Source of the DNA: Octopus sinensis | Taxonomy: Eukaryota | Assembly (NCBI RefSeq): GCF_006345805.1 | Contig: NW_021824167.1 | Coordinates: 1 to 19,745 of the forward strand | DNA length: 19,745 nucleotides | Direction: 5' to 3' | In this document: piece by piece, positions 17,990 through 19,745 of the stretch | Layout of the letters: the number at the start of each line of letters is the position of its first letter | How positions within the stretch are numbered: the stretch's first letter is position 1 | The notes under the pieces: model-generated | The model's input: the letters and a program-made list of their open reading frames with translations, nothing else | Databases searched by the model: none | What the model was told of the DNA's origin: nothing | Translations under genes and position numbers: made by a program

Positions 17990-19405
17990 TAACATGTATA
18001 TGAAGAACATAGACAAATGCAGGTATATCAAATATCACACAACACAAATTCTTGATTTATTAAAATTATATCCGCTTCTAGAGGATGTATCATAATTACC
18101 AAAGAAATTAAGACCAGTTCGATATAAGAAGGTGAGATAATTTCAAGAATCAAGAATTCTCTAAAGTTGACCTAGTATTAAGGAAAAAGAATAAGTATAT
18201 TGTCCATTACTCCACGCTAATTTTTGTTTAGGTTTAGGGTATTAACGTCATTAAGGCAATGCCGAAGGAATATTTTACACGTTGTATAATTTATGGAGCG
18301 CTCATGGCAGTGTTAGAGAGACAAGTGTCTGAGTTTCTGAAGACGATACCTGTAAGCTGAGCCTGTCATAAAATGTATCTTTTTCGTAATTCCTACAGAT
18401 AATGCTTCAATTCTATAATATTTTGTTTGGCATAGTGAGACCCCAACTGGCAAGAATATTCAATAATGAGGCCTTGAAAAGGTAGAGAATGGAAGAAAAG
18501 TAACACTTGGATCTCTGCACTAGAAAATCCTAAGAGCCAATGAAGTCGACATAATCCTATTTCATAGGTCATGTCCACTTTATTGTTAACACGTTCTCTT
18601 CATTTTAGTTACACCCAAGTATTTGATATTATTTGAAGCCATGATAAGTTTTTCTACAGAACGTTTCTTCCGGGAAAATGCAAAGCGTCGAATAATATGG
18701 CTGTTTAAGTACATCCACTTTGCTAAAGTACTGTTTTTTCCGGTGTACAAATCGAATTTTCCAGGTCAAAGTTTACACCCAAAATAAGGTCGGTCAACTT
18801 ATACACCAAGATGACTTTGGAGAAACAAAATTTCCCTGTGAAATGCAACAAGATTTGGAAAGACCGTAACAATGTTTGAGTGTTTACACTGCGTGTTTAC
18901 ACTGTATATTTACACTGTATACAACGTCGATTTGTATGCTGGAAAAGACGGTAGATGAATTCAAATTTTCCTTCTCTATTGACATATTTCCTCCCCATTT
19001 ATTGAGTCACAGCGCGTTCTTCAACAAATTGAAATTCCGTCCGATCACCTAACGGTGTAGGTTGGAGACTTTCTGAACCTTCGCCTCATTTATAGTTTTA
19101 TATTTATTTTAACTGTATTGGATGACATTTGTGATGTTATTAACATATAGTTAAGGAGAAGCGGGGCCAATACACTGCCTCAAGGAACACTACTAATGAT
19201 TTTTACTGGGTTTAAGTGGACTCTGCCGATCACATGTTGGATATAGTTTAACAGGAAGCACTTAATCCATTGCAGCACATATTCACACTCACGTACACAC
19301 ACACACATATATATATATAATGCGTATATGCGCATATATATGAATAAATGATAGCCAATTTTGTTTATATTACATACGTTTTTATTACTGCCTTTAAGCA
19401 TTTCA
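17990..19405 (-). mobile_element. Decayed CR1/L2-type LINE, reverse transcriptase C-terminal half
   Basis: LQWIKCFL...SSVP(stop)GSVLAPLL...EAKVQKV...GKFEFIYFSK..LKQPY...SNNIKYLGV...IEYSCQL...YRLQKL..SL(stop)...CKIF..HCLND, with stops and frameshifts. The 3' boundary is approximate. Confidence 0.82.
18731..18951. mobile_element. pogo/Tigger-type MITE (221 bp) nested in the CR1-type LINE
   Basis: 25-bp TIRs (20/25 identical), TA on both sides (18729-30, 18952-53); in-silico excision restores the LINE frame GKFEFI-Y-FSKVD. Confidence 0.9.
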
Positions 19406-19434
19406 ATTGCGTAGAAAGAGAAGAAGAAGGAGTG

Positions 19435-19530
19435 AGAGACAGAGGTGGATACATTGATAGATAGATAAATACAGAGAAAGAGAGAGAGAGGGAGATAGAC
19501 AGATCGGGAGAGATTGATAGGGATAGATAG

Positions 19531-19567
<37 letters not shown>

Positions 19568-19596
19568 TAGATAGATAGATAGAGAGAGAGAGATAG

Positions 19597-19658
<62 letters not shown>

Positions 19659-19660
19659 TA
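19435..19660. repeat. (GA)/(GATA) compound microsatellite
   Basis: Directly visible. Confidence 0.95.
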
Positions 19661-19745
19661 TGTTAATGTTTCCATGTGTTATAGAGAGGTTAGCAGAGAG
19701 AGATGATCTCTGACCTACTTAAAGCTCAGATATTTTATTGGGACG

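Noticed and set aside
18238-18481. Two plus-strand open 'exons' (GINVIKAMPK... and IMLQFYNILF...) with GT-AG boundaries
   Set aside because: The intervening intron would be only 47 nt, and the opposite strand is clearly explained as decayed CR1/L2-type RT sequence.
169-19675. Most ORFs in the supplied track (poly-CV, YI, HT, RE, T, P, E, F, etc.)
   Set aside because: They are translations of di-, tri- and tetranucleotide microsatellites with no splice or homology support.
1-19745. tRNA genes, rRNA, CRISPR arrays or prokaryotic operons
   Set aside because: A/B boxes occur only in SINE heads without complete cloverleaves; there are no regularly spaced repeat-spacer arrays; the DNA is intron-containing eukaryotic sequence.

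Overview
Eukaryotic (animal) genomic DNA that is extremely rich in microsatellites and transposon relics. The SINE families and repeat density suggest an octopod cephalopod (Octopus-like); this is an inference, not verified. One host gene is supportable: six plus-strand coding exons (3838-3900, 5930-6238, 7353-7483, 7716-7758, 9372-9585, 10451-10803) that splice in frame through GT-AG introns into the C-terminal 370 aa of an SH3BP5/Sab/Parcas-family Rab11 GEF. Its first exon was not found in the window. The rest consists of tRNA-derived SINEs of at least three types, MITEs, and decayed RTE, CR1/L2-type, RLE-type and Penelope-like retroelements plus a Mariner relic. Nearly all ORFs in the supplied track are microsatellite translations. 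The most interesting observations are: a minimal hammerhead-ribozyme-like motif at 125-162; a decayed tandem array built from the 3' end and splice donor of a functional exon (3860-4860); two diverged RLE retrotransposon copies, both embedded in (TACA)n; and a long-TIR MITE flanked by a 100-bp duplication. No prokaryotic-type system (CRISPR, operon) is present.
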